Both the position numbers and the translations under genes were made by a program. Of a stretch of 44,143 bases of DNA, positions 25,639 to 34,476 are shown one piece after another. Under the pieces are notes generated by a model. The model was not told the DNA's origin, ran no database searches, and worked only from the letters and a program-made list of their open reading frames with translations. This DNA is from a virus. Its lineage: Duplodnaviria; Caudoviricetes. Positions within the stretch are counted from its first letter, which is position 1, and each line of letters starts with the position of its first letter. The stretch is taken from the IMG/VR virus record IMGVR_UViG_3300031629_000006, positions 1 through 44,143 of that record, one strand, 5' to 3'.

Positions 25639-25977
25639 TTATACCTCCTCTGGCCATGTGATTTCATTAGGGAAGCCAGCTTGAGCCGTAATGTCCCTAA
25701 GCGCCTGCCTGTATGTAGTCATTTCAGCGTTCATCGTTACGTCAGTTAGGGCGTAGTAGTCTGTGGCTGCTATGAGAGAGTCACGCTCCTTACGAACTGA
25801 GGCTGCCATAACTGCTATATCTTCTGCTGTTGGAGCAGGCTCACTGAATACTGAACCATCCCACAGGTCGCCAATCTTACCGCCTAATGAAGCATCAATC
25901 AGGTTAGGCATAAAATCTAAAGAATCCACCTCTATAGTGTTAGTGACTTTACCATTTTCTATTACATGTGCTTTCAT
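25639..25977 (-). CDS. Tail fibre assembly chaperone
   Basis: VRKERDSLIAATDY...YRQALRDITAQAGFP.EITWPE is a typical tail assembly chaperone C-terminus. Confidence 0.85.
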   Translation of the reverse strand: MKAHVIENGKVTNTIEVDSLDFMPNLIDASLGGKIGDLWDGSVFSEPAPTAEDIAVMAASVRKERDSLIAATDYYALTDVTMNAEMTTYRQALRDITAQAGFPNEITWPEEV

Positions 25978-27401
25978 TATACTATCCCCGTGATTACAAC
26001 TTCGCCTCTGCCACCATCGCCACCATCACCACCTTCAGCTTTGGTAACAGCGCTTTCATTTCCACAGCCGCCGCCGCCACCCCCACAACTCCATCCTCCA
26101 TCTCCACCATTACCAGACCTCGCTGTTGAGCCAGTAGTTCCTGTATCTGGGCCAGTAGCACCGCCGCCACCGCCTTCTCTGACTGATATTGATATATTCT
26201 CACCATGCCTATTAGCCAGAGTTGCTGACGCTACACCACCTGTACCACCACCGCCTAGACTATAAGTCCCAGTAACACCCCCAGCACCACCATTAAATTC
26301 ATTAGCAACATCTGCAGAAGGTATACCAGAATGAACACCTGCACCGTTACCTCCCGCAGCACCACCAAAGATTGACCCATAGCCTGATCCTCCTGTTCCG
26401 TTGTTGCTTGGGGATACTCCGCTTCCACCTCCATAAATAGACGCAGCTTCGGTTGTGCCACCGAAATCGGAGCCAGTTAGTGTAACTCCTGTGATAGACC
26501 CCCCTATCGCGCCCTGCAAGCTAGCATCATCACCTTTAGCGCCACCTGCACCACCGCCGACTGAAACGATAGACCCAACAGAACTACTCCCACCTGAACC
26601 ACCATAATTACCATCGGCAGCAGTCGTACCCGTTGCGCCTAAACCACCAGTACCACCTGAAGCGACTGTAACTGTTATATTGCCAACAGGTATGTCATAA
26701 AAACCGCTAAAAAACGCGCCACCTGCACCACCGCCGCCACCGTCAGCATTATATGTCATCATAGCTCCACCGCCACCGCCGCCACCACCGCCAGTTAATT
26801 TAATGAAAGTATTGGAGTAACCCGGCGGCTGAGTAAAAGTAGTAGTTGATGTATATGTGAGTGCTGAAAATGCCGTAAGTACAATGCTTAGAAGTTCTGT
26901 TCCATCACACTGGACTAACCTCACTTCACCCGGATACATAATAAAAGTAGCTAGCGAATCAATCGTTTCAGCACCATTGGGATCAAGTGTGATATTACCT
27001 GTCCCTGCGTTGCGTATATAACAGAACCACCCATCGCCTAGCGTTGTTGCCGCTGTGAATGTCTGTGTGAATGTACCACTAGTAATATCAATAAGTTTAC
27101 TATTGTCACCAAGTGCTAAAATTGTATTACTTGTTCTTGCTACTCTGACAACACTTGACCCAGCCACGCCCCAACTAGCAGCACTACCATCAGTCGTTAA
27201 GAACTTACCGCTGTTAGTAGCCTGTGTAGGCAAGGCATCTACACCTGTTAACCCAGAACCATCACCATCAGGTGCTAATACTGTCACCCCAATATCAGCA
27301 TCATTTACGATGGTTGCATCATAAGCCTGTACAGCCGTGCCAATATCAGCATCAACTACGTTAGTTCGTGTTAGCTCTACTATGTCTCTTACTTTACTCA
27401 T
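25977..27401 (-). CDS. Secondary tail fibre fused to Gly-rich adhesin 2
   Basis: MSKVRD N-terminus, IGTAVQAYDA, GKFLTTDG...SW shaft motif, a beta domain, then a polyglycine C-terminal half. Confidence 0.78.
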   Translation of the reverse strand: MSKVRDIVELTRTNVVDADIGTAVQAYDATIVNDADIGVTVLAPDGDGSGLTGVDALPTQATNSGKFLTTDGSAASWGVAGSSVVRVARTSNTILALGDNSKLIDITSGTFTQTFTAATTLGDGWFCYIRNAGTGNITLDPNGAETIDSLATFIMYPGEVRLVQCDGTELLSIVLTAFSALTYTSTTTFTQPPGYSNTFIKLTGGGGGGGGGAMMTYNADGGGGGAGGAFFSGFYDIPVGNITVTVASGGTGGLGATGTTAADGNYGGSGGSSSVGSIVSVGGGAGGAKGDDASLQGAIGGSITGVTLTGSDFGGTTEAASIYGGGSGVSPSNNGTGGSGYGSIFGGAAGGNGAGVHSGIPSADVANEFNGGAGGVTGTYSLGGGGTGGVASATLANRHGENISISVREGGGGGATGPDTGTTGSTARSGNGGDGGWSCGGGGGGCGNESAVTKAEGGDGGDGGRGEVVITGIV

Positions 27402-27892
27402 AATGTCATTCCTTCAAGGTCTGCAACGGTGGCGCCTGCTGAGTTCACTAGAGCTTCCTTTGCATTGCCCTCAGAGCGTGTTGCCTCAATGTAGGTGAAC
27501 ACCGCCTCGTTATCATTTAACTCTACTGTCTCATCAACTGAGATAGTTCCCAGCGATTCTTTTCTGGTTAGAATGATAGACTTGGCTGCCATGTTTCTCT
27601 GTTTGGTTTCGTCAGCAGTAGCAAGGATTGAATACCGTGTGTTCATATCTATAAGGCGTGTTAAGTTGCCCTGAATAACCTCTAAAGGTAAGTAAACTAA
27701 ATCACGTGAAGTGATGCTTTGTGTTGCTGTTACTGTATGTACGTCAGTGGTGTACTTGAAGCTAGGATCGTACTCAGGCATCGTATCTACTCGCTCTAAC
27801 CATGTGCCTTTATCAGAGGGTGTTGGTATTTCTTCAGGGACGAAGGTTGCTGTCTGTACTATTGAGTTATCTTTGATTAAATCATATTGCAT
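27398..27892 (-). CDS. Putative tail fibre chaperone/partner
   Basis: Acidic 164 aa directly after Gly-rich adhesin 1, with a helical C-terminus (DETKQRN...). Confidence 0.55.
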   Translation of the reverse strand: MQYDLIKDNSIVQTATFVPEEIPTPSDKGTWLERVDTMPEYDPSFKYTTDVHTVTATQSITSRDLVYLPLEVIQGNLTRLIDMNTRYSILATADETKQRNMAAKSIILTRKESLGTISVDETVELNDNEAVFTYIEATRSEGNAKEALVNSAGATVADLEGMTL

Positions 27893-27901
27893 GTTGTTCT
27901 C

Positions 27902-28843
27902 CTAAGATTGGCCTACGTCAGTGGATGGGAATGAGCGACCATCGCCCCACAGGATACGGACTATCCCCGGGCCACCATCGTTCCCCACGCTTTCTGCCGC
28001 TGAGCTATGTCTGTAGAATGACCCACCTGCCCCAAAACCATCAGATGACGAGGGTAGTCCATAAGACCGCCATGTCCACCAAGGGTTCTCACCGTCTAAG
28101 CCGCCTGAGCCTCCTTTACCACCTTGACTGGTAGAACTCTGACAACAAGCCCCTCCTATCCCATTTGACCCTTCTCCGAGCACACCTACGCCGCCAGAAC
28201 CTCCAACCTGTAGGTATGTATCGTTTTGTGTCCCAACACCACCAGAGCCGCCCCCACCTCCGGAGCCAGTGTTGCCTGTAACTCCCCCATCAAAAGTAGC
28301 TAGCAGCATTGACACCCCTGCACCTCCTGCGCCAGAGTACCCTCCAGAACCACCACCACTACCTGCACTATATGCTGTGGATATGTACCCGCCAGTTCCG
28401 CCAGTTCCGCCAGAGCCAGTTATGGCTGATCCACCAGTAGCGGCTCTGCGAGTAGCAAAGCCGCTGGTGCTAACACCAGACCATCCCCCACTCGCTTTGC
28501 ATAACGTTGACGCTCCAACCACCAAAGAATCTTCACCATCTGGTCTGGTATTCCTGTAGCTTTGATTAGACGTTCCAATGCTATGACGGCCTGTAGTGAC
28601 TGCTAACACATCGCCAGATGCAACTGATATATTATTTACCCAAGCTAGTCCTCCGCCACCACCACCACTACTGATTGCAGTCTCCGCAATACCTGCGGCT
28701 CCAGAGCCTACACAAAGAATAGAAATACTGGTAACACCAGCAGGGACTGTCCAGTTAATTGCTGCGCCATTTTGCTGCTGTAGAAATACTGCTTCCCCAC
28801 GAGCAGGCGACCCTACTGCAAAGTAATCACTTAACTTACTCAT
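27902..28843 (-). CDS. Glycine-rich tail adhesin-like protein 1
   Basis: WTVPAGVTSISILCVG.G...GGGGGGL.W.NNISV...GIVRILWG..RSFPST pattern. Confidence 0.78.
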   Translation of the reverse strand: MSKLSDYFAVGSPARGEAVFLQQQNGAAINWTVPAGVTSISILCVGSGAAGIAETAISSGGGGGGLAWVNNISVASGDVLAVTTGRHSIGTSNQSYRNTRPDGEDSLVVGASTLCKASGGWSGVSTSGFATRRAATGGSAITGSGGTGGTGGYISTAYSAGSGGGSGGYSGAGGAGVSMLLATFDGGVTGNTGSGGGGGSGGVGTQNDTYLQVGGSGGVGVLGEGSNGIGGACCQSSTSQGGKGGSGGLDGENPWWTWRSYGLPSSSDGFGAGGSFYRHSSAAESVGNDGGPGIVRILWGDGRSFPSTDVGQS

Positions 28844-30945
28844 ACTGAAACCCTCCAGTCAGTACCCACGTAGACAAACTTAGAATTACTGTTGTCTACA
28901 TCCAGTGTCATATCCGCTGCCAGCGCCATAATAGTCTGACCGTTACGTGCAACTGTTACAGATACTGTGGAGAAGTTACCTTTAATATCTTGGATGTTTA
29001 CTACGTCATTCTGAGAGGGTGAGCTAGGCAGTGTAATAGTGAAAGCACTTGTTGTAGCTGTGTCAGCGTAGATGTGGTCATTTGAAATGGCTGTATATAC
29101 TGCCGTCTTAGTTAAGTAGTTAGGGTAGGCTTGTACTGTAGAGCCAATATCTGCATCAACCATAATAGTTGCATCATAGGCTTGTACATCCGTGCCAATA
29201 ACCAAACCTAAGTTAGTACGTGCTGTAGCTGCGCTAGCCAAGTCACTCAAGTTATTGCTTAGCTGAGCAAACTTTGCATCAGCAGTACTTTGAGTATATG
29301 TATCAGCTACCGTGAATGTACCGTAAGAGATGATATTAACTATATCCCCAACTGTAGCGCCTACAGTAAGAACAACAGTGGTTCCAGTGGTAGCAGTAAA
29401 GTCAGCAGTTACTTGAAGCTTAATACCATTCAGGTACACATCAACGAATCCTGCGGTGTAGGCAGATACAAAAGAAGTCTGTGATGCTGTAGCGATGTAT
29501 ACTCTGCGATCCGTGTATTCCGTACTCTTCAATGCAAATCTAGCATCAGCACCTGCTTGTGTGTATGTATCTGCTACAGAGAAAGCACCAAATGCAATAA
29601 TGTCAACTATGTCCCCTACAGTAGCACCTGTAGAAAGCACGACTGTAGTACCGGAACTAGCAGTAAAGTCAGATCCCGCATATAACTTCATACCGTTCAA
29701 ATATACATCTACAAACCCTGCATCATATACAGCAGAAAATGTTGTTTGTGCTGCAGTAGCTATATAACTTGTTCTCTCAGAAGTGCCGTTAATTGCTGAA
29801 CCAGCATCTGCCCAACTAGAACCATTCCACACACGCATAGTGTTAGCTACAGTGTTGTAGTGTAGTGCGCCTGTAATTAAAGCGTCACCATCATTATCTA
29901 CGGTAGGGTTGGTGCTCTTTGCTCCAAGGTAGGTATCGTCAAAGGAATCATAAGAGGCTGCGGCTGCGGTAGCAGAGTTAGCTGAGTTGGTGGCTTGGGT
30001 AGTCGCTAGACCAACCTGAGTAGTGGCTAATGTCACCTGAGCAGCTGCTGAGGTCACTTCACCCGCAGCTGATGTTGCGCTTCCTGCGGAGGCTGTAGCT
30101 GAGTTAGCAGCATTGGTCGCTGACGTGGAGGCTTCACCCGCTTTAGTAGTTGCTGTTGCTGCGTCCGCGCCTGTAGCAATGCGGTCTAAACCTGTTTGTA
30201 CTTTATCAGCTTCTGCTAGAACTACGTCTGCGTGGGTAAGCACTACGTCCGCGTTTGTGGCTATTTTGTCTAAGCCCGTTTGTACTTTATCTGCTTCAGC
30301 AAGAACTACATCAGCATGGGTTAAAACCACATCAGCGTGAGTTAGAACTACATCGGCATTGGTGATAACTACATCGGCGTTAGTGAGGACTAAATCATCG
30401 GCTGCGGATGAGGCTGAAGCAGCAGCGTTTGTTTCTGCGGTTTCGGCGTTTACCTCTGCTGTTTCTGCATTTGTCTCTGCCAGTTCGGCTGCGGTTTGTG
30501 CTGTCTGCGCTGCGGTCTTTGCTGTCTCAACGTCTACAACGTTAACTGCCATCGACATCTTAACAGCGGTAACGTCTGTAGCTAATACGCCAGAGGTGTG
30601 ATCTACAACAACTGAGTAAAGGTTCTTAGTGCTACTGTCGCGTACTATATCGTTTTTGATATAAGCTGTTGATGTTAGCCAGTCACCTTTCCATTGAAAG
30701 GCCGAGCTAATAAGAACTAAATTGCCACTAGCATCGAAGCCAATCTCTTTGTTAGCACGGTTAGGGCCAGACTCGGAAATAAGCTGGTCGCCTGCTGTGC
30801 CAACTGGAAGCTTAATTGCTCGATTAGTGATCGCTTCGACATTATCAAAACCTGTCTCTGAGGCATCGACTCGATTGTTAATATCTTCTGAGCGGGCAGT
30901 TGTGCCTGCAATGAGGTCCGAAGGTTTAGTGAAAGTATTACTCAT
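28840..30945 (-). CDS. Main tail fibre protein
   Basis: Follows the nozzle gene. Contains WKGDW, Ala/Thr coiled coil, FDDTYLGAK, two YIATA.QT.F...VDVYLNG.KL domains, NNLSDLASAATARTNLG and a C-terminal FTITLP.SP domain. Confidence 0.88.
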   Translation of the reverse strand: MSNTFTKPSDLIAGTTARSEDINNRVDASETGFDNVEAITNRAIKLPVGTAGDQLISESGPNRANKEIGFDASGNLVLISSAFQWKGDWLTSTAYIKNDIVRDSSTKNLYSVVVDHTSGVLATDVTAVKMSMAVNVVDVETAKTAAQTAQTAAELAETNAETAEVNAETAETNAAASASSAADDLVLTNADVVITNADVVLTHADVVLTHADVVLAEADKVQTGLDKIATNADVVLTHADVVLAEADKVQTGLDRIATGADAATATTKAGEASTSATNAANSATASAGSATSAAGEVTSAAAQVTLATTQVGLATTQATNSANSATAAAASYDSFDDTYLGAKSTNPTVDNDGDALITGALHYNTVANTMRVWNGSSWADAGSAINGTSERTSYIATAAQTTFSAVYDAGFVDVYLNGMKLYAGSDFTASSGTTVVLSTGATVGDIVDIIAFGAFSVADTYTQAGADARFALKSTEYTDRRVYIATASQTSFVSAYTAGFVDVYLNGIKLQVTADFTATTGTTVVLTVGATVGDIVNIISYGTFTVADTYTQSTADAKFAQLSNNLSDLASAATARTNLGLVIGTDVQAYDATIMVDADIGSTVQAYPNYLTKTAVYTAISNDHIYADTATTSAFTITLPSSPSQNDVVNIQDIKGNFSTVSVTVARNGQTIMALAADMTLDVDNSNSKFVYVGTDWRVSV
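30165..30400 (-). repeat. 21-bp coding heptad repeats (DVVLT[HN]A) with a duplicated longer unit
   Basis: DLVLTNA DVVITNA DVVLTHA DVVLTHA DVVLAEA DKVQTGL DKIATNA DVVLTHA DVVLAEA DKVQTGL DRIATGA. Confidence 0.9.
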
Positions 30946-32417
30946 CTATTTAAGCCTCGTAAGGAGTAGTTCATTTGTACACCTTCAACGGTGAATGACG
31001 GGTCTGTGGCGCTTGAATGGACAATCAATAAGCTGATGTTCATGCCGCTGCCGTTTAAATATGCGTCTGCTGATGCGACTACCGCGCTAGACCACACGAA
31101 GTCACCCCAGGTTGCTACATCCCAAAATCCACCGCCGCCGTAAACAGTCGTTACTGATGTTGAAGATGAGCCGCCAGTTCCATAATCGTAGTCAGCCAAG
31201 TATTCAAGCGATGCCTGGCTACCCGTAGATAGCTCTAATGTCGCTTTTCGGAATCGTTTCTTTTTATGGGGAGTGTTAAGACTGGTATAAGGTAGTCGCA
31301 AGTAGGATTTTATAACCTCGCCATTAAATGACGTACCACTATCCATCACCATAACGCTTCCATCGGTACAGCCTGTGTAGCCCTCAGTGATATAGCTAGG
31401 CGTATGTTCTAAGCGCCACGTACTAAACCCGATGATCTGCCTATTTATAATCGTGGCAACCAGTACAGTCATATCGCTAAAGAATAAGCGGTATTGGTTT
31501 TTATCACGGTTGACTGTTGCGCCTACCATAAGGTTCTTTCTAGCGTCTATGAACGGCTTAACAACAGCCGACACACTGGCAGACTCAAAGTCACCAAACG
31601 CTTGCGTAGCGGTTAAACTGCTTAGGTCATCGCCATTAAAATAGTAAAGGTCTGCATCCATCTGAACTTGCGTTTTAGGTGACGCACCAATCGCAGGAGA
31701 GAAGAGCTTTAAATCCCAATCAGAAGCAGATGTGCCGTATAGAATAGAGACTCTATCGCTACCAGTGATAGCTAGAGCGTTACCTTTCATACTGCTAAAG
31801 CCAGTCACTTCTGCGCCGATACCAATCTCGCCCGCACCCGTTACTAACGTCCAGCTGGTAGGATCTCCCACTGCGCTATGCTGTATAGAGCCGCCAGTGA
31901 ATGACAGGAATAAATGGTTCTTATGTACGCCGACATACGAAGGTGTATCTGTAGTCATGCCGGTTGTCAGTAGCGTAAGGGTAGTGCCATCAAACTGAAA
32001 CGCTTTACCTACACTATTGCAGCCGAACATCTTTAAGCTACTAGAATGGCCAGCGAAGTTATGATTGATAAACTCGTAAGCGCCGCCAGCAGGAAGTGCC
32101 GGAGTCGTTACAACAGCCCATCCCGTAGAGGTGCTTTTGTGCATAACACAAGCTGTTCCACCTGCGTTGTCTCGGAATGCGTACACAACATTGTTGTAAT
32201 CCCACACTCCTCGAATCGGCCCACTACCAGTAACAGCTAAAGGCGTTCCACCCACGCGTCCATCAAAGATCGTGTAGCCATCCATGCGGCGGTATCCGCC
32301 ATTCATAGCGCACTCAAAGTTCTGAGCTAAGATTGCCTTGCCTGGTGGTATTTGTAACGCAGGGCTAATGAGGTCTAAACCACCACCTAATGCCCATGAT
32401 TTAGATAAAACGCTCAA
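30942..32417 (-). CDS. Tail nozzle / head-closure protein (P22 gp10 / tail tubular B-like)
   Basis: GGLDL.SP N-terminus, beta-rich repeats (HKNHLF, HSAVGDP..W) and KKRFRK. Lies after the adaptor. Confidence 0.72.
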   Translation of the reverse strand: MSVLSKSWALGGGLDLISPALQIPPGKAILAQNFECAMNGGYRRMDGYTIFDGRVGGTPLAVTGSGPIRGVWDYNNVVYAFRDNAGGTACVMHKSTSTGWAVVTTPALPAGGAYEFINHNFAGHSSSLKMFGCNSVGKAFQFDGTTLTLLTTGMTTDTPSYVGVHKNHLFLSFTGGSIQHSAVGDPTSWTLVTGAGEIGIGAEVTGFSSMKGNALAITGSDRVSILYGTSASDWDLKLFSPAIGASPKTQVQMDADLYYFNGDDLSSLTATQAFGDFESASVSAVVKPFIDARKNLMVGATVNRDKNQYRLFFSDMTVLVATIINRQIIGFSTWRLEHTPSYITEGYTGCTDGSVMVMDSGTSFNGEVIKSYLRLPYTSLNTPHKKKRFRKATLELSTGSQASLEYLADYDYGTGGSSSTSVTTVYGGGGFWDVATWGDFVWSSAVVASADAYLNGSGMNISLLIVHSSATDPSFTVEGVQMNYSLRGLNR

Positions 32418-33067
32418 GCAATACTCTCCCTGCCAAACGTTATTTCTGGTATTTCACGAGCTTTCATAGAGTGCAGCCAGGCGTTTAATTGCCGCTGTGC
32501 ATCTTGATACAATTCAGGTGCATCTTGCTCTGCAGCTAAATAAGCCATGGCTTTGTATAAAATAGCTTCGTGATATTCTTCACTTAAAAGAGGAATGTCA
32601 TTATTAGCAACGAGTATTTGTGGCCTACGGTAATACTCAAAAAGCACTTGGTAGGCTTTGGTTGGCGCTACGTTTAATACAAGTACATCATCTGGCCGAA
32701 TGGTAAACGCAGTTGGGTTTTCAATAGTTACTGATAACTTAGCCCAGTCGTGCCATTTGATATGCTCAAGAACTGTAGTCTCATCGCCATTAACTAATCG
32801 TACCGATGTTGTAATCCACGATTTTAGCTCAGGAGAAAGCGCGAGGTTGGTTACTGGGTTATATTCAGACTGGCCTATAACTGTATCAAAGCTGCTGCTC
32901 TGCCAAAGAAAGCGCCAATCACGCATCCCTTGAATTTCAATCCACGCACGTCTAACCCATTTCACCGCCTTTAAGGAGATTCCAGTTTGGCCGTTGACCG
33001 AAAACACGCCCTGATCAGACGTACCTGATTCTTTAAGTAGATCATCGCAAAGCGTTAGGTAATTCAA
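32414..33067 (-). CDS. Head-tail adaptor (tail tubular protein A-like)
   Basis: MNYLTLC...W.EIQ..RDWRFL...D.PLL.EEYHEAILY.A pattern and position after the capsid block. Confidence 0.72.
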   Translation of the reverse strand: MNYLTLCDDLLKESGTSDQGVFSVNGQTGISLKAVKWVRRAWIEIQGMRDWRFLWQSSSFDTVIGQSEYNPVTNLALSPELKSWITTSVRLVNGDETTVLEHIKWHDWAKLSVTIENPTAFTIRPDDVLVLNVAPTKAYQVLFEYYRRPQILVANNDIPLLSEEYHEAILYKAMAYLAAEQDAPELYQDAQRQLNAWLHSMKAREIPEITFGRESIA

Positions 33068-33070
33068 TGG

Positions 33071-33406
33071 TTACACCTTTGTGTACGGGTAGCGTTTAAC
33101 ATCACGGCTCACATCTTCGCCTTTTGGGCCTTTGGAGAATTTCGTGATAATAGCGTTGTCAATTACGCCAAGGACTTCTTCTGGTAATTCAACTTCGACT
33201 TCGCGCTTGATTTGATACGCCTTGCCGTTAACAGAGGTGAAAATATCAATACTTCCTGCTTCACCGTCTTGGTTATGAAAAATAACTGTGGTTCGTTTTG
33301 ATTTTGGCGCTGCAACCGAAGACTCGGCTTTAGCCATCAACGCTGCTTGAGCATCAGCTAAATCCTGATTATCAATTGCGCTATCTTCTTTTTTACTTCT
33401 AGCCAT
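33071..33406 (-). CDS. Hypothetical head-associated protein
   Basis: SVNGKAYQIKR.VEVELP.EV...RYPY. Immediately after the MCP. Confidence 0.7.
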   Translation of the reverse strand: MARSKKEDSAIDNQDLADAQAALMAKAESSVAAPKSKRTTVIFHNQDGEAGSIDIFTSVNGKAYQIKREVEVELPEEVLGVIDNAIITKFSKGPKGEDVSRDVKRYPYTKV

Positions 33407-33418
33407 CTTTTTTTACTC

Positions 33419-33450
33419 CAAAAAAAAGGCTCCGTTTTAAGGGAGCCTTT
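33419..33450 (-). terminator. Intrinsic terminator after major capsid gene
   Basis: Minus strand reads AAAGGCTCC-CTTAAAAC-GGAGCCTTT followed by a long T run. Confidence 0.85.
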
Positions 33451-33472
33451 GGGGGGAATAACTAACTAATCG

Positions 33473-34456
33473 TTAGTCGGTAACTGCTGATTCAATACGA
33501 ACCATCCAAGCGTCATTCAAAATAACTGCAGTTTGCATACACTTCCAAGAAGCATGACCACGCTGACCTAATGGATCAGAAGCGGAAGGCTTAGGGTTAA
33601 CAACAGCAGGAGTCAATGAAGTCTTACCCTTTAGAGGGATAATGCCGTAAGCATCTTGTGAGATGATTAAGCATGGATAAACGTCCGCGCTAGCAGAGTC
33701 AGTTGAGATCATTGCGCCTGGAGTGCCGCCAGTGCTTGCCCATGGCTGGAAAATCGTTGAGTAGATATAACGAACATCGTCAACCTTGCCCAATTCATTT
33801 TCATACGGGGTAGTCGTGCCATACTTTTCAGCAGGAATGAAGTTAGCGAAACCGCGAATCACTGATTCCATATCTGGATGAATCAAACCAATGAACGAAG
33901 CCTTAACCGCTTCAGTGCCGTATGCTGGAGTAGACTTAACTACCTTAGTGATAGCACGGGCATTTTGACGTTTAAGTGAACGTGTAGCTTTACGCTGAGT
34001 AGCCAATGTCATTTCAGAGGTTACTGCACCGCGAGAAGCGCCGTTTGAATAAACTACGTTAGTGCCAGCCTTCAATACATTGAAACGTACAGTCTCAATA
34101 GTTTGAGCAGCTTGCTCGCCCAAGATTTCAACAGCTTCCATCAATACTGGATCTTCGTGAGTATCGATAACCACGTCAGTGATAGTTACAACATCACCGT
34201 ACTGGTCAAGGGTTGCAGTTACGTCTACGTGAGTTAACTGCTTTGAGCTAGGTGTTACGCCCTCAGTAAGAGGAGTAGTAGCTAGACTTAGAGCAGAGTA
34301 ACGGCGAAACTTTTGGGTCTTGCTGTCACGGGTAGGTAGAGGTTTAGATTGACCAAACTTCTCTAGGATTAAATGTGGAAGACCACGCTTGAGCATTTCT
34401 GCAGAGGCATGAGCGGCGGTACGAGGTGAAATGTCACCATAAGCTGTATTAGCCAT
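33473..34456 (-). CDS. Major capsid protein, N4-gp56 family
   Basis: YGDISPRTA, FRRY..L...TTPLTEGVTP, QYG...ITD and SDPLGQRG..SWK. Confidence 0.93.
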   Translation of the reverse strand: MANTAYGDISPRTAAHASAEMLKRGLPHLILEKFGQSKPLPTRDSKTQKFRRYSALSLATTPLTEGVTPSSKQLTHVDVTATLDQYGDVVTITDVVIDTHEDPVLMEAVEILGEQAAQTIETVRFNVLKAGTNVVYSNGASRGAVTSEMTLATQRKATRSLKRQNARAITKVVKSTPAYGTEAVKASFIGLIHPDMESVIRGFANFIPAEKYGTTTPYENELGKVDDVRYIYSTIFQPWASTGGTPGAMISTDSASADVYPCLIISQDAYGIIPLKGKTSLTPAVVNPKPSASDPLGQRGHASWKCMQTAVILNDAWMVRIESAVTD

Positions 34457-34476
34457 GTTTATGTTCCTTAAATGTT

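Noticed and set aside
25966-28826. Pro-rich + strand ORFs
   Set aside because: They mirror the Gly codons of the minus-strand adhesin genes.
23853-30945. Diversity-generating retroelement or invertible tail-fibre cassette
   Set aside because: No reverse transcriptase, no TR/VR pair differing at adenines, and no invertase or inverted modules were seen. All genes are co-oriented.
33407-33475. Capsid read-through or frameshift extension into the 111-aa gene
   Set aside because: The MCP ends in TAA followed by further stops and a strong terminator. No slippery site is seen before the stop.
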